Assembly (NCBI RefSeq): GCF_009914755.1
Contig: NC_060931.1
Strand: one strand, 5' to 3'
From: the human T2T-CHM13v2.0 reference genome, Homo sapiens
Length of the DNA stretch: 64,000 nucleotides
In this document: piece after piece, positions 31,091-45,451 of the stretch
Numbering within the stretch: the stretch's first letter is position 1
Layout: each line of letters starts with the position of its first letter
The notes under the pieces: model-generated
What the model was told of the DNA's origin: nothing
What the model saw: the letters and a program-made list of their open reading frames with translations, nothing else
The model's database searches: none
Translations under genes and position numbers: made by a program

Positions 31091-31769
31091 TCATGAAATG
31101 TAGCATTCAGTCACATCTTCAGACTACATGTCTAATTCTAGTTATCTTGCTATTTCTACGACATCTGCAGGACTTCCTCCACTGAAGTCTTTAACCCTAA
31201 ACCATCCATGATGGTCAAAATCAACTTCTTCCAAACTCATATTTGTGTTGATATTTTGACTTCCTCTTATGAATATGGATGTTCTTAATGGCATCTAGAT
31301 GGGGCGAAGGTTTTCAATTTACTTTGCCCAGATCCATCAGAGGAATCGCTATCTATGGCAGCAATAGCCTTACAAAATGTATTTTTTAAATAATAAGACT
31401 TGAAGTTGAAATTACTTCTTGGTCTGTGGGCTGCAAAATGGATGTGGTGTTAGAAAGTATGAAAACAACATTAATCTTGTACATCTCCATCAGAGCTCTT
31501 AGGTGACTAGTTGCATTGTCAATGAATAGCAATATTTTGAAAGAAATATTTTTTTCCTGAGCAGTAGATCTCAATGACGGGCTGAAAATATTCAGTAAAC
31601 CACATTGTCAAAAGATATGCTGTCATCCAGGCTTTGTTGTTGCATTTATGGAGCACAGGCAGAGTAGATTTAGGATAATTCCTAAGGGCCTTAGGATTCT
31701 CAGAATGGTGAGTGAGTATTGGCTTAAAGTCACCAGCTGCATTAGCCCTAAACAAAAGAGTCAGCCTTC

Positions 31770-32094
31770 TCTTTCTTTCTCTCTCTCTCTCTTTTTTTTT
31801 TTTTTTTTTTTTGAGGCAGAGTCTCAGTTTGTGGCCCAGGCTGGAGTACAGTGACACAATCACAGCTCACTGCAGCCTAAACTTCCTGGGCTGAAGTAAT
31901 CAACCTGCCTAGCCTCCCAAATAGCTTGGACTACAGGTGTGTACCACCACACCTGGGTGCTTTTTAAAATTTTTTGTAGAGACAGGGTCCTGCTGTGTTG
32001 CCCAGGCTAGTCTCAAACACCTGAGCTCAAGCCATCGTCTTGCCTTGGTCTCCTGAAGTGCTAGAATTACAGGTATAAGCCACTGACCTGAGCC
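31770..32094 (-). mobile_element. AluJ nested in Tigger1
   Basis: Antisense dimer with a CT/T tail, interrupting the transposase. Confidence 0.88.
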
Positions 32095-34403
32095 CTTCTT
32101 TTGAAGCGTTGAAACCAGGTATTGACTTCTCCTCTCTGGCTAGGAAAGTCCTAGATGACATCTTCTTCCAATAAAAGGCTGTTTTGTCTATGTTGAAAAT
32201 CTGTTGTGTGCTATAGCCACCTTCAATTGTCTTGTCTAGATCTTCTAGATAAATTGTGGCAGCTTCTCCATCAGCACTTGCTGCTTTACCTTGTAATTTT
32301 ATATTGTGGAGACTGCTTCCTTCTTTAAACCTCATCAAGCAGCCTCTGCTAGCTTCAAACATTTCTTCTGCAACTTCCTCATGTCTCTCAGCCTTCATAT
32401 AGTTAAAGAGAGTTAGGGCCTTATTCTGGGTTAGGTTTTGGCTTAAGGGAATATGTGGCTGGTTTGATCTTCTATCTAGACCACTAAAACTTTCTTCATA
32501 TCAGCAATAAGGCTGTTTTGCTTTTTTATCATTCATGTGTTCAGTATAGCAGCATTTTTAATTTCCTTCAAGAACTTTTCCTTTGCATTCACAACTTGGC
32601 TAACTGTTTGGCATTAAGAGGTTTAGTTTTTGACTTATCTTGGCTTTCAACATGCCTTCCTCACTAAGCTTAATTGTGTCTAGCTTTTGATTTAAAGTAA
32701 GAGACATGCAACTCCTCCTTTTCTTGGACACTTAGAAGCCAATGTAGGGTTATTAATTGACCTAATTTCCATATTGTTTTGTCTCAGGGAATAGGGATGC
32801 CTGTGGAGAGGGAGGGAGATGGGGGAATGGCCAATCAGTTGAGCAGTGAGAACACACACAAAATTTATTAAGCTCGCTCTCTTATATGGGTTTGATTCAT
32901 TGTACCCTCAAACAATTATAATAGTAACATCAAAGGTCACTGATTACAGATCACCATAACAGGTAAATTAATGAAAAGTTTTAAATATTGTGAGAATTAC
33001 CAAAATATGACACAGACACAAAGTGAGCATATGCTGTTGGAAAATGGCGCTGATAGACTTGCTTGGTGCCGGATTGTTACAAACCTTCAATTTGTAAAAC
33101 AACAATAGCAATAACAAGAACAAAAACACAGTATCTGTGAAGCACAATAAAGCAAAGCACAATAAAACAAGGTATGCCTGTATTCAAAGAGATAACTACT
33201 GCATTTATGAAAAAAGAAAATCATACTTAAAAATGCAGAGAAAAACACCTAGAAAAAACAGTAGAAACAGTAACAAAGCAGTAGACGTTTGAATACTATG
33301 GTTGAAAATAAAAGTTCTCCCAGAAAACAGGACAAAAGATGAAGAAGTGGAATATAGGAGAGACAAGATAAAAACTTAGAGGATCATTCACCATGGTAGT
33401 GATATTAAGAAAAGAAAATTTAGAGGATCATTCAGGAGACTAAACATCTGACTGGTAGGAGTCCCAGAAAGACACTAGAGAAAGGACAGAGAGGAAATTA
33501 TCAAAGAAATATTTTAAGAAAATTTTTCATAACTTAAGGACAGGAATTTCTAGATTGAAAGTGCCCATTGAAAGCCCAGGACAGTGAATGAAAGAAGACC
33601 CACATGAAGACATACAATTTTGATGTTTTAGAATGGTGGAGATAAAAGAGAAGATCACAAGGCTTCCATAGAGGAAAAAACAGGTCACATGGGAAAGATC
33701 AGAATCAGAATAGCATTAGACAGACTTATTACTAGCCATACTAGGAGACAATGGAGCAATGCTGTGTAAGTTCTGCAGGATTTCTGTACTTACAAATCCA
33801 AACCATCAATCAAAGATGAGTTCTCAGAAAATATATGTGCAAGATTTAAAATAAATTAACATCATGCATTCTTTATTTGGAAGGCATTGGAGACTGAGCT
33901 CCACCAAAATAAGAGGGAGAAGATCAAGAAAATGTGAGATATAGGAAACAGTTTACAATGAAGTGAGAAGCCAAGGGAATTCCCAGGATCATAGGTTCTA
34001 GGATTATGGCTGTACAACAGGCCTAGGGTGCAGTTAGTCCAGATGTGAGCAGGAGGATGGAAGGCCACAGGAGGGATGTAGCCAAGAAAATATTGGAATT
34101 AATTTATTACCTAATATATTTGCCCATATCGAAGGCTTTATAGTTACGTAGAAAAGTTTAATGCTGATGTAGCTACATATGTAGAAAACTAGACAAATGA
34201 AAAGAGAAGAAAATTATGGGAGGAGTAAAGATACAGGTTGAGGTTGGGTTTAGTGGTCCAGAGAATGAGCTTTGTAGTCAGGCTATCTGAATTTGAATGC
34301 TGTCTATAACACTTAGTACTACTAACCGCATACCCTTGAGTAAATTACCTTTCTGTCCTTCAGTTTCCTCATCTATATGGAGATACTAATCATACCTACC
34401 ACT

Positions 34404-34800
34404 TTAGTCTACTCCTGCTTCTATAACAAAGTACCACAGACTGAGTAATTTATAAATCATAGAATTTTTTTTCCTCACAGTTCTGGAGACTGGGAAGTTC
34501 AAGATCAAGGCACTGGCAGATTCAGTGTCTGGTAAGGGGTCATTCACTGCTTCCAAGATGGTGCCTTTGTGCTGTGTCCTCCAGGGGTGACAAATGCTTT
34601 GTTTTCACGTGGCAGACAGGATAGAAGGGCAAAGGGGACTAACTTTCTAAAGATTTTATAAAGGCACTAATCTGTTCTATGAGGGCAGAGCTTTCATGAC
34701 CCAATAACCTCCCAAAGGCCTCACCTCTTAATATCATCCCCTTGAGGGTTAAGTTCCAATGTAAAAACTTTGGAAGGATGCATCCATTCAAACCACAGCA
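34404..34800 (-). mobile_element. MSTD/MLT1A-type solo LTR inside a MIR (34245-34900)
   Basis: ataacaaagtaccacagactgagtaattta...ccattcaaaccacagca; cctac on both sides; MIR core (tcagtttcctcatcta) upstream. Confidence 0.8.
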
Positions 34801-36129
34801 CCTACTTAGCATGTTGTTATGTGGATCAGATGAGCTAATACATGCAAAACCATTAGATCAGTAGAAATAGTACTAGTAATCATAGTAATAGTAGTAGTAG
34901 TGGTAGCAGTGGTAATAGTAGTAGGTGCTCAAAATTGTTAACTATTATTTCTATTATTGCTGTTATTTTTAAAATTGAAAAATAATTAAGATGTTTAATA
35001 CTTTTCTTGAGAAATTTTGTGATAAGTACCCAGAAGAAACTGTTTAAAATAATAAACCCAAAACAAAACATTTTTAATGACCTATAGTGCCACCACTCAA
35101 AGGTGAAATTTTTAAACATGTAGGTGTATTTTTTCCCGTGCATTGTTTTATTTATATAATTGTTACATTCTCTCTATATAATTTTGTGTTCTGCTTTTGT
35201 TTTTTAACATAAAAGAACCATATTACCTGTTAATGCAAACTCTAATTGAAGAGTTTTTGTTGACTTCATTATTTTCCACTAAATGTATGGAAAATATTTC
35301 GTTTAACCAAGTATCTATTTTTATATATTTGGTTTGCTTTGTGAATAACATTGGGTGATGCTTTTCTAAAATACATTTCAAAATTTAATTTTATTATTAG
35401 AAATATAATACATGTTTATTATAGACATTTTAAGGTGCCAAAATAAGATCAGTAAAATTAATGTAATAGTAATCTAACTAGCTAGAGATAAGCACTGCTA
35501 GCGTCTTCATAATGTATGCCTGTTGTCTTTTTTCTTGACAATATATATTTTTTATTTCTTTTGCAAAATGTAGAACTTTTCTTGTAGATGGTATGACCAC
35601 CTTTTGATATCTTCTATGGCATGTTAGTGTCAGCAGAGTGTTTAATTGTAAATTTTGGGATCTTATTTTTTAAATTGCTTTAAAATTTTTCAGTGTTTCA
35701 CAATGATAGTGTATGGAAGATCTTTACAGCTACACATCTATTTTAAAATTATTCAAAATTATTCCTTAAATTCTTAGAAACAGAATTGCAGGTTCAAAAG
35801 GTATACACTTAATATGTATTGTCAAATTTCCCTCCATGAAAATTCTACAAAACTCTATGCTCACAGCCTTGTCAACACTAGGTTTTCTGATATTATCTTT
35901 TTAATTCCATAAAATGTCTCCTATATTTAGAGTTATTTTTCTTCATTAGATTCTTAGGTACAAAGAATATTAGAAGTTTAAGACTTTTACTGTTTTGAAA
36001 AATTGCTTTATCAGAAGAGGACAGTATTTGACTGTCATTAACAGTGGATAATAATGTCTGCTACTCTGTCTTCTCACTAATGATGGAATTGTTATATTCT
36101 TCATGTGGATGATAAGCGAAATGTTGACA

Positions 36130-36930
36130 GGTTAACAGAGTAGATCTTAAGCCTTGCAGTACTCCAGGCAAGATAGCATGGTGGCTCAGACCAGGGTGGT
36201 GGCAATGGAAATGTTCATATTCTGGAAATTTTTTTTGAAAACACTATTGACAGAATTTTCTTATCAGTTCCATATATGATTTGTAAGAGAGATTAAAGAG
36301 TCAATGATCACTCTATGATTTTTGGCCAGGGTAACTGGAAAATTGAAGTAGCCATTTAAGAAGCTTGGAAGATTATAGGAGAATCATGTTTGTCAAGCAA
36401 GATCAGGAGCCCAAGTTTGGACATGTTAAGTGTGATGCTTATTTAATAAGTAAGAGATGTTGAGTATATAGTTGGATATATGATTCTGGTGTTTAGAGGA
36501 GAATTCTAAGCTGGAGAAACATCAGCATATAATTGAGTACAATTATATCCTGTATAATTAATTAAGAGAAAACATTAGATGAAATCACCGAGGAAGAGAG
36601 TGTCAAAAGAAAAGAGGAGGATCAAGTACTGATCCCTGGGGGTACTCCAATGTTTAGGAACTGTAGCGATGAGAAGAAACCTACAAAGGAGACAGAAGCA
36701 GCAGCAAGAGAAAGGAGAAAAACCAGGACTGTGTGGTTCCTGGTAGGAAATTGAAGGAAATATTTCCAAGAGGAGGGGTGATCAGCTATGTCAAATGCTG
36801 CTTATACATCAAGTAAGATTAAGACTAAGAATTAACTGTTAGATTTAACGATATAGAGGTAGCTAAATAGTGACCATGAAAATACAGTTTTGGTGAAGCG
36901 GTGTGGTGAAAACCAGATTAGATGGGATCT
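36130..36930 (-). mobile_element. L2 fragment
   Basis: gatcaggagcccaagtttggacatgttaagtgtgatg and gatcagctatgtcaaatgctgct are typical antisense L2 motifs. Confidence 0.75.
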
Positions 36931-37198
36931 GATTTTCAAGTGATTAATATTATAAAAATGCCCAATAATTCAACATTAAGTGCCCAAAATCTCCATTTCT
37001 AGGGTACTCATAAGAAGTCTAAGTAAATTTTGAAGTAAGTCTGGCAATTTTACCCTTAAAAAACTACAAAACATTAGTCCTTTACTTGACTGTAATGGGG
37101 AGGAACATGTCTCCCTCTGTTGATTATTTGCAATAAGATTCACCAGGGACTCATTTGAATTGCCTTGGTGTAGTGTGTTCCCTGGTACCTTGGCTTTT

Positions 37199-37374
37199 TT
37201 TTTTTTTTAAATTATACTTTAAGTTTTAGGGTACATGTGCACAATGTGCAGGTTAGTTACATATGTATACATGTGCCATGCTGGTGTGCTGCACCCATTA
37301 ACTCGTCATTCAGCATTAGGTATATCTCCTAATGCTAACCCTCCCTCCTCCCCCCACCCCACAACAGTCCCCGA
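37199..37374 (-). mobile_element. Very short (~175 bp) L1PA3-like 3' end
   Basis: ggttagttac and gctggtgtgctg are young-L1 3'UTR variants. Perfect 14-bp TSD GTACCTTGGCTTTT (37185-37198, 37375-37388) at a TT/AAAA endonuclease site. Confidence 0.92.
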
Positions 37375-38569
37375 GTACCTTGGCTTTTAAAGTGGTATTG
37401 AGCCACAATGATCAGATATGCCAACAGGCCATTATATGTTAATAGAATTTTACTAGCATATTTGTAGACTGTTAATTTGATTAAACTTTCATGTCTTGGT
37501 AACTTTTCTTTATAGCAGAATAAACGTAGAAGATTCTGATTTGGTAGGCCTGACGGTGTCTAGGCATTTTTTTAAAAAATCTGATTCTGCTGCAAAGCCG
37601 GCTTGGAAAACTTTGCTTTATTAGGAACAGGATTCTATAAATAAGAGCTAACATTCATGATAGTGGCAGGCTCAGCTTTTACTTGATCACATTTATTGTA
37701 AGTGCCCTAGTCCTAGCATACACATTTAAAGCTCCCTGATAATTTTCATCAGATTGTGACTTCCTCAATAGAAGTAACAAAAATAGCCTCACCTTTAGAC
37801 ACAGGGGTACACAGAAAATTTCTTTTATGTGCATAAGCAAGAGAGAAATTATATTTACAAACTGGAAAAGTAATTAAGTGAAACTTTCATCCAAAAATCA
37901 GATATTTAATAAACTTTTAATTCCCTTTTGTAGTTTCCTTTTAATTTAGTTTAAACAACATAAACATTTTAAATACCACTCATTACATGCTGAGGGTATA
38001 GATAACAGTTTTGGCACTTTAAAAAAAGCTGAGGAATGGATGGTTAATTCTCAGTGATATTTATTCATTTTCTATAGTGAGGATTCTCTAGTATATCAAA
38101 AGGATCTGGAGGGTTGGTGCATGGCTAGAGAAACTAAGAAAATAAAGATGATGAAATGGAGGTGTTGGGGAGGGATTCAGAGAATGGAGAGAATGGGAAG
38201 AATGTTTTCTTTAAAAAACCTTTCCAAGCTCATAATTTGTTATTCCTCTTAAATGAAATAATGAAATTTGGATCCTTAAAGCTTCCATTTTTTCCAGTTC
38301 TCTTCTTCTGGAGAGGTTTTCATAGTTTAAAGACCTTATGAAATCTTTGATTTTCGATTGTGAACTATGATCTGTGGGCTTCTTTTATTTTCACTGGTTG
38401 GATTATAATCATATTTGAAGTCTTATGATTCTTTTATATTGGTCCAAAGAAAGTTACATTTAATATTTGGTGACTGCTCTAAGGAAAACATAGTAATTTG
38501 GGGCAGCATAACAATCACTGAATGTTAGAACAAGAAGGCATAGCTTGTTACAGTATATTATAATCTTTA

Positions 38570-40480
38570 CAGTGTATATTGTTTTGCACAATTCTGTAGG
38601 TCAACTGGGCAGATATGCTTTATGTAGTGTCAGCTGGGATGCTATTATATCTGGAAGATGCAAACTTGCCTCAATCACGTGTTTGGAAATTGGTGTCAGT
38701 GTTGGCTTGGAATTCACTGGGTCTGTCAGCTAGGGACATGATTCTCCTCCACATGGTCTTTTTATGTGATTGCTTGGGCTTCCTGACAGCATGGTGGCTG
38801 GATTCAAAGGAGAATTCTACATGCATGAAAATGGAATCTGCAGATCTCAGATGTTACGCAGAGCTGTAGTTTGAATGTTTGTCACCTCTAAATATCATGT
38901 TGAAATTTAATTGCCATTGTAACAGTATGAAGAGGTGGGACCTTTTAAGGGTCATTAGGCCATGAGGGCTGGCTGCACTCACAGGCCTGGGATTGGTGCC
39001 TTATTAAAGGGCAAGTTGGATTCCCTCTTGCTTCTGTGTGTGCTCTCCCCCTCTCTCTCTGGCTCGCTCTCACCCTCTCTTGTCTTCCCTTACCTTCCCT
39101 CCCTCTTCCTCCCTCTCCCTACCTCTTTCCCTCTCTTCTCCCTGTCTCCTTCCTCCCTATGTTTCTCCTTCTCTCCCTTTCCTTCTCTCTCCCTCTCTCC
39201 TTCTGCTTTCCTTCTCTCCTTCTCTCCTTCTACCATATGATGACACAGCAAAAAGGCCCTCACAAGTTGCTGGCACCTTGATATTGGACTTCCCAGCCTC
39301 TGGAACTGTGAGCCAACATATTTCTGTTCATTCTACATTACCTAGTCTGTGATATTCTGTTACAGCAGCACAAAACAGACTAAGACACACAATATCACTT
39401 CTGTCTCATATTTTTCACAGGGCCAGCTCAGATTCAAGGGGAGAAGAAATGATTTCCACTTCGCCATTAGAAGAGTTACAATTTATTGCCTTCTTTAATC
39501 AACCACAGTTTGTCCTTTGGCCACAAATTATTTGTATTTATCACATATGCAGAATGCATTGAATTCCTCCAGAGACCCCTGAAAAATCTTATTCCATTAT
39601 AGTATCAGGCTCAAATGCAAGGTTCAGGTTCTCATCATCTGAATTAGGTCCAGGTGTAGATAAGGCTGCTTAGATGAGGTAGCCCAGGTGTAGACCCTTG
39701 AACCAAAAAGATAACCTGAAATACAGGGTGGATAGGGGCAGGATGACTGCAGTAGATACTCCTGTTCAAAAAGTGGGAAATAGCTACTCGGCAGTCACTG
39801 GTCCATTGAATTTCTGATACTGAATCAGGTATGTCACTGGTTTCTCCTGCTTTGGCAGAAGGGAATATATGTTGATTAAGGCTCTGCTTTGCTTCCTGGG
39901 AGCAGTCCTTTTGTGGTTCTTGGGTTCATCCTCTGAGTCAACATTTATTTTTTTTTTAAAAGAAATGTGCCGGGCTTTAAGCTAGCTATCTTTCTGGTCT
40001 GTTTCCTCACTATAAAGAGTTTGAACTGACTGTCCATTTTGGTCCAAGCTGGTGTGGTTCCAGTGATATAATTCTCTTAAGAACTTCACAGGTTTCATGT
40101 GAATCTCATTGGCATTTACCCCATTAGACAAATCCACATCCACAGATCTTTTTGAGATAGGTCCCTCTCTACTGTGAGTTAAGATGCTATGGGACAATGC
40201 ACTGAAGATCCATACTAGCCTTTTTGTTTAGGTGAGAATGTCTATGAGAACCTACAAGATACTTAGAAACTCTTTTGTCTAGCTGAGGCCCTTAATAGTT
40301 TTCGGAACTCTTTTACATAGATGATTTGGTAAAGGCGAAACAGCCTTTAGTCTGTCTGAGTTATAACAAAGCGTTTTAAAACTACACCCTTGACTTACTC
40401 TTGACCTTGAGATTACATCTTACTGGCAGCACCTTGGATTAGATCTTTGCTCTGAGGCTGTTTCTTTGAAAATCTATTGC
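38570..40480 (-). mobile_element. MLT1H/I/J-type LTR plus internal sequence, interrupted by the MST LTR
   Basis: cagcatggtggctggattc; ggccagctcagattcaagggg...ttaatcaaccaca followed by internal-like gtttgtcctttggccacaaat. Confidence 0.6.
38862..39387 (+). mobile_element. MSTC/D-type solo LTR with an expanded CT-rich tract (39040-39230)
   Basis: gctgtagtttgaatgtttgtcacctct...ggacttcccagcctctggaactgtgag...aaacagactaagaca. Confidence 0.85.
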
Positions 40481-40649
40481 ACATTCAAGTTGCTTTGTTC
40501 ATTTGTTTGCTTCTTATGCAAGCATCACTTCAGAAGCACATGATTTTGTTTTTTTCTATTATTGGTTATGTTAACTGTGATCACTTGGTTAAGGTGATGT
40601 CTCCAGTTTTTTTTTCACTGTCAAGTTGTTACTAGGATACATTTTGAAG

Positions 40650-41300
40650 GTAGAATTGAATGTTCGGATTTGACTGAGAGAGTTATGCATTAGACATGTT
40701 GAATTTGAGATGCCTATTTGACATCCTAGTAGAGACTGGTTCAGAAACAGGGGTGCTGGTAGATTGGAAAGATGAGGTAGTCTTGTTTTCATTTTTCCAG
40801 TGAATACAGAAGTGAGATTATCTGAAGGGAGTGATAATGAGGGAGCACAGTAGAGATGTGAGGAGAGAGATTTAGAAGGATCTTCTCAGAGTAAATTGAC
40901 TGGAAAAGCGTAGTGGACTTAAGGGCAGTGTTGTGATGAGGGACCATTTGACAACTGTGATCCTACACCAGCCTATGACCATTCAAGATGTTCTATTTCT
41001 TGGAGTCAGACTTTGATTAGTAGAAGGAGTTTTACTGTGATTGAGGTTTGGTCAAGCAAGTACAGTGGAAAGAGGGGTAAATTAGTTTAGAGTGTGTGAA
41101 GGGAGGTGATTTATCAGGACAGATCATGGAAGATAAACTGGATTAAGTAGACAAGAAGGTGAGGAGAGTGAAAAAGTGGTAGATAGGCTCAATGGTTTTA
41201 AGTTCCAAAACAGTGAGATAGAGTTCTAGAGAAAGATGAATAGATATGAGATGGTGAATAGGGTATGTGAATGATTGAAATCAGGATATGGGATGCATTT
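40650..41300 (-). mobile_element. L2 fragment
   Basis: tagacatgttgaatttgagatgcctatttgacatcc. Confidence 0.6.
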
Positions 41301-43913
41301 CATCTATGTTCTGGTTTAATACCATACCAGCTTTATGAAGTGATTTTTTTTTTTTTTTTTTTTTTAGTGTCTCCATTTTAAACAGAAGCAAATTATGTTG
41401 ATCAAGATTAAGCAGCTTGGCCAAGGGTACACAATTAGTAAATGGCAGAGCTTGGATGGAAAATTAAAATATTTGTTTTTGTTTTTAACTCCCAAACCTT
41501 TGTATAATACTGTACGAGCTGTCTCTGATTCATGACAGTTGCCCACTACACAAAGGATAATCATTATTATGACTGAAAATGTTTACATTATATTTGTTTT
41601 GCTTTTTTAGGCTTGTTATGACATGCAAATGAAAAAAGGTCTCAGAAAACATTTCTAATTTTATAAACATCTTACTTCCTTTAGAGAATGAGTGGCCTTT
41701 AGAAATTGGTTGAAAATGATTTTTACTTTTATATTTCAAAGTTCACAAACAAGCATTCACACATCATTATTAAGCTATTAGTATGGAGTGAATTCTACCT
41801 GACCCATTTACATTAATATAAAATTTCCTTTATGTTAAGGAGGTCTTCCATTTTCCTACACTTAAAATGATTTAAGTAGATCCCTATATAATGATGAACA
41901 ATGATGTTCTAAAGAAAATAACAAGATAATTTGATTATCTCTACTTCAGGAAGCTTCAAGAAAATTAACTTAGGTTCTAACTTGATGATAGTAAAGATTT
42001 TATGGTTTAGTAGAGGGAAAAGTGAAAGTTTAAATTTAAGGATTCTCACCCTAATCATTAAAATAACAATACTTTGCAGACTTTCACAATATGCAAACAA
42101 ACAAAACCAAATTGCATGAGCTGTTTTTGGTTTAAAATTACATGGAGCGCTTTCCAGCAATACTTGTATATAGAGGCTTGATTGAAATAGCTGCATAATT
42201 CCTGAGCAGAGGGCTTTTCTTTGCTGTAATTACATTCGTGCAGTGACTCATATTCTCTTAATGCCTAGATTTTATAATTCAAAGGGAAATGTTCCCTTGA
42301 AATTTGAAAGCCTGGAGGACTCAAAAGTAGTTTTTAGATTTTATTATTATTATTATTACTACTACTATTCCTACACCACAGCTAGTATTCCTCTGAGGAG
42401 TATTTGACTTAGGTGATTTTGATTTCACTCATGCTGGCTGCAGTAGTGGGGTTTGACTCATGTGACAGTGAGAGAGCAAGGGTCCCAAAGATGTCTAGCA
42501 CAGGGATAGGGTGTTCTGCATTCAGGGACTTCAGCAGTGGAGATGTGGGGCTTTCACTCTGGTATTCACCACCGTACAGCTCAGTTTCTTTTAAGTGTCA
42601 ACTTACTTTTGACTTTCTGTTTCTCTTTCCTTCATCAGCTGAATGATTTTTTTCTGAATTTACAAGTTCAGATTCCCAGGAGAGGGAACCTGGCTGGCTC
42701 TGCTGATAAACATGCCTCTGTATGATGATGTTTCTCTCCTACATCTGGGGAAGTTTTTAAGACTGATAGCAAGGTTGGAGGACAGTCCTTTGCAAACACC
42801 TGGCTAGTATCTCTCCTGTTTTGGGTAAACAGGGTGTGATGTGGATGCTGGAGCAATTACCAGTTTTGCCTGAGGCAGGTCTTTCCATATAATTTTACGT
42901 TTTTGTTATAAGCCCTTGGAAATTTGTGAAATATATAATATACTCATGATGAAGACAAAAAAAGAGACAATTTTCAATTGGATGTACAACAGGTACTTTC
43001 TTCACCACTCTCCTTTCCAACAATATTGTTCAGTTCTCTGTAAAGAATCATGATGGTCAAGGAAGGCCTGGCAGGAGAATCTTGATTGTTCAAAGACAAA
43101 TGTTCTTGTCAAAGGATTGGTTTAGGAGTGGCCATATAATGTAATTCTGGCAGAAGATACTTGAGAAGATGAATGCTAAGAGCTATTTTTGAAAGGGCTT
43201 GTTCACTTTTAAAAATAAATACAAGGCTTTTTTTCTTTTTTTAATCTTGGAATAATGTATTTTCTATAAGATGGTGAGAATTGCAGCCATCATATCAGGG
43301 TCATGAGAGGAGCCAGTTAAGAGAGCCCCGGCTACCATGCTGAGGGCAGAGCAGAAAGTTGTAAACACCCCTCATCTCATTAATGGCACTGAGCCACCAC
43401 GTGAGCCAACCCTGGAACTGCCCTGATGTCAGATGGGAAGATTACTTTGATGCAATGGTAGCCTCCAAGTATGCTTAGGTGAGCTATCCTAGAGGTGAGG
43501 GAACCAAAAGCTCCCACAGACTAAATTCCAATCCTCAAATCACGTAATTCACTAAATTAATTTAAAGTGCACAGTGAGAGGCAAGAGGAAAGATTATTAG
43601 GTTGGTATACCTGGGTTAGGGGCAAGTAGGGTAGAGGGGCCATGCCAGCTAATCCTGGGATACATAGTGTTCATGTTCATACATCTGCATATGCCTTCCC
43701 CACTGATGGTGTGGTTACAAGGACCAGAGTTGAGGTTTGGGCAAGCCCCAAAGATAGCAGTCGTCCCAAGCTAATAACACCTGCTCAAGTGTCTGAGAGA
43801 TACTGGGACAAGTATGCCTAGTCAGTGGCTGTGGCTTGCCAGTTAGCCTCACAAACAGTCATGAGTTCTGTTATGTTTATTGGACAGATAACAAATGGAG
43901 CAGGAAAGAGTAT

Positions 43914-44131
43914 CAGCAGTTGTTAATCAGGGTAATTTTGTACCCCAGTGTACATTTAGCAATGTCTGGAGACATTTTTGATTGTCATGACTGGTGTATG
44001 TAAGAGATGCTACTGGCATCTATTAGGTAGAATCTAGGGATGCTAAGTGTGCTACAGTGAACAAGACAGCCTCCCAAGACAAAGAATTATCTGGCCCAAA
44101 GTATCAATTGTGTCGAAGCTGAAAAACCCCC
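43914..44131 (+). mobile_element. MER20 (hAT-Charlie)
   Basis: gcaatgtctggagacatttttgattgtcatgactgg...gctactggcatcta...aaagaattatctggcccaaa. Confidence 0.88.
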
Positions 44132-45402
44132 TCATGAATATTAAGTACATATGTATATTTAGTGTATCCTGGATATTTAGTGCCTCTTATATATTTAATA
44201 TATCATGAACATTTATTACTCATATGCTTCAAGAGTAATTGACATTTCTTGATCTTGCAGCCCTTTCTGTCAGTGTGTAACACATATACAATCTTCTTTT
44301 TATACTTTATACATCTGTGAATTCTGTTCATGTCTTACTAGCAAAATATATACTGAAAATATCTTAAAAGGGTTTGCCTATATTTTATAAACATCAAATT
44401 TATTTATCAAGTAGAACTGAATATCCTCAAAAGCAAATTTATATTATGCTAGACCTGGAATTTCAAAGAAGAAATAAGATGATAAATGTCCTGATTGTTT
44501 AATATACTTTTTGTTGTGTTTTCTACAGCTTGCAGCTGAGAGCGTGCTAGCTGATTCTAACATAAAGTCAGTAAGAACATCTATTCTCAAGATAAATGAA
44601 GCATTGACTTAGACTATAATTACAAGTTTTCTAAATAGTAATATAAGTGTCAGATAATACAGGATTATGGTGCCTGCATTAATGTAATGCTTGTTTGATC
44701 GTTCTGTTTACATTTCAAGCAATTGTAGGCATGGTGCTTATCATGATGAACCTCTGTGCTCAAAAATGCACATTTTTAGATGATTGGAACAGTTTTAGTT
44801 TGATGACCTTCAGTTCACTTAAGGAGTTTTTAGTTGGCTCAATGTCTATTAATAGAGCAACACTAGAAATTTATAGCTTGATGCATTTTTTAAAATTTAT
44901 TAATGATAGTTTTATTTATATTTTAGTGCTTTAAAAGATTAAAAATATTTTACGGAAGTTGTGTCTTGAGACCCCTCCATTAAAAGGGAAAGTTTTTCAT
45001 ATATATGAAATTAAAGAGAAGCATATTTAAGATTATAGAAACATGTAAATGTTGTTTAGGATTGATTTCAAAAAAGAATAATTTTCAAATGTTGATGGTA
45101 TATATTCCATTTCATTTCTTTTAACTTTCTTTGCCTTTTTTTATTTTGTGATGAAAACTAACATTTTGTCAGATGAAAATATCACATATAACACATTAAA
45201 GAAATGGTAAGGCATAATATACAATTAAAACTGTTTGATAAAAAGTTAAAGTAAAAAATTAAGGACAATATGTCTTTAAAATAATGATGTGCTTACGGTA
45301 GTTTCCTGGAATTATTGGCTGGTTCAGCAGAATCAGCTGTGCTCAGCAATGGAGTGACAGGTGGTGTAGGCAGTTCAACCTCATGTCCTTTTAGAAATAC
45401 TG

Positions 45403-45451
45403 GGTGTGTGTGTGTCTGTGTGTGTGTGTGAGTGTGAGAGAGAGAGAGAGA
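45403..45451. repeat. (TG)n(GA)n compound microsatellite ~130 bp upstream of the ADAM22 exon
   Basis: Read directly. Confidence 0.9.

Noticed and set aside
31386-32398. Transposase-like ORFs as a domesticated TIGD gene
   Set aside because: Fragmented, interrupted by an Alu, and bounded by Tigger1 termini: a dead transposon.
38962-39352. Ser/Pro/Leu-rich ORFs in three frames
   Set aside because: Translation of a CT-rich low-complexity expansion within an MST LTR.
42390-43900. Probable ancient MLT1/ERVL LTR fragments
   Set aside because: Too degenerate to give reliable boundaries or family names without a database search.
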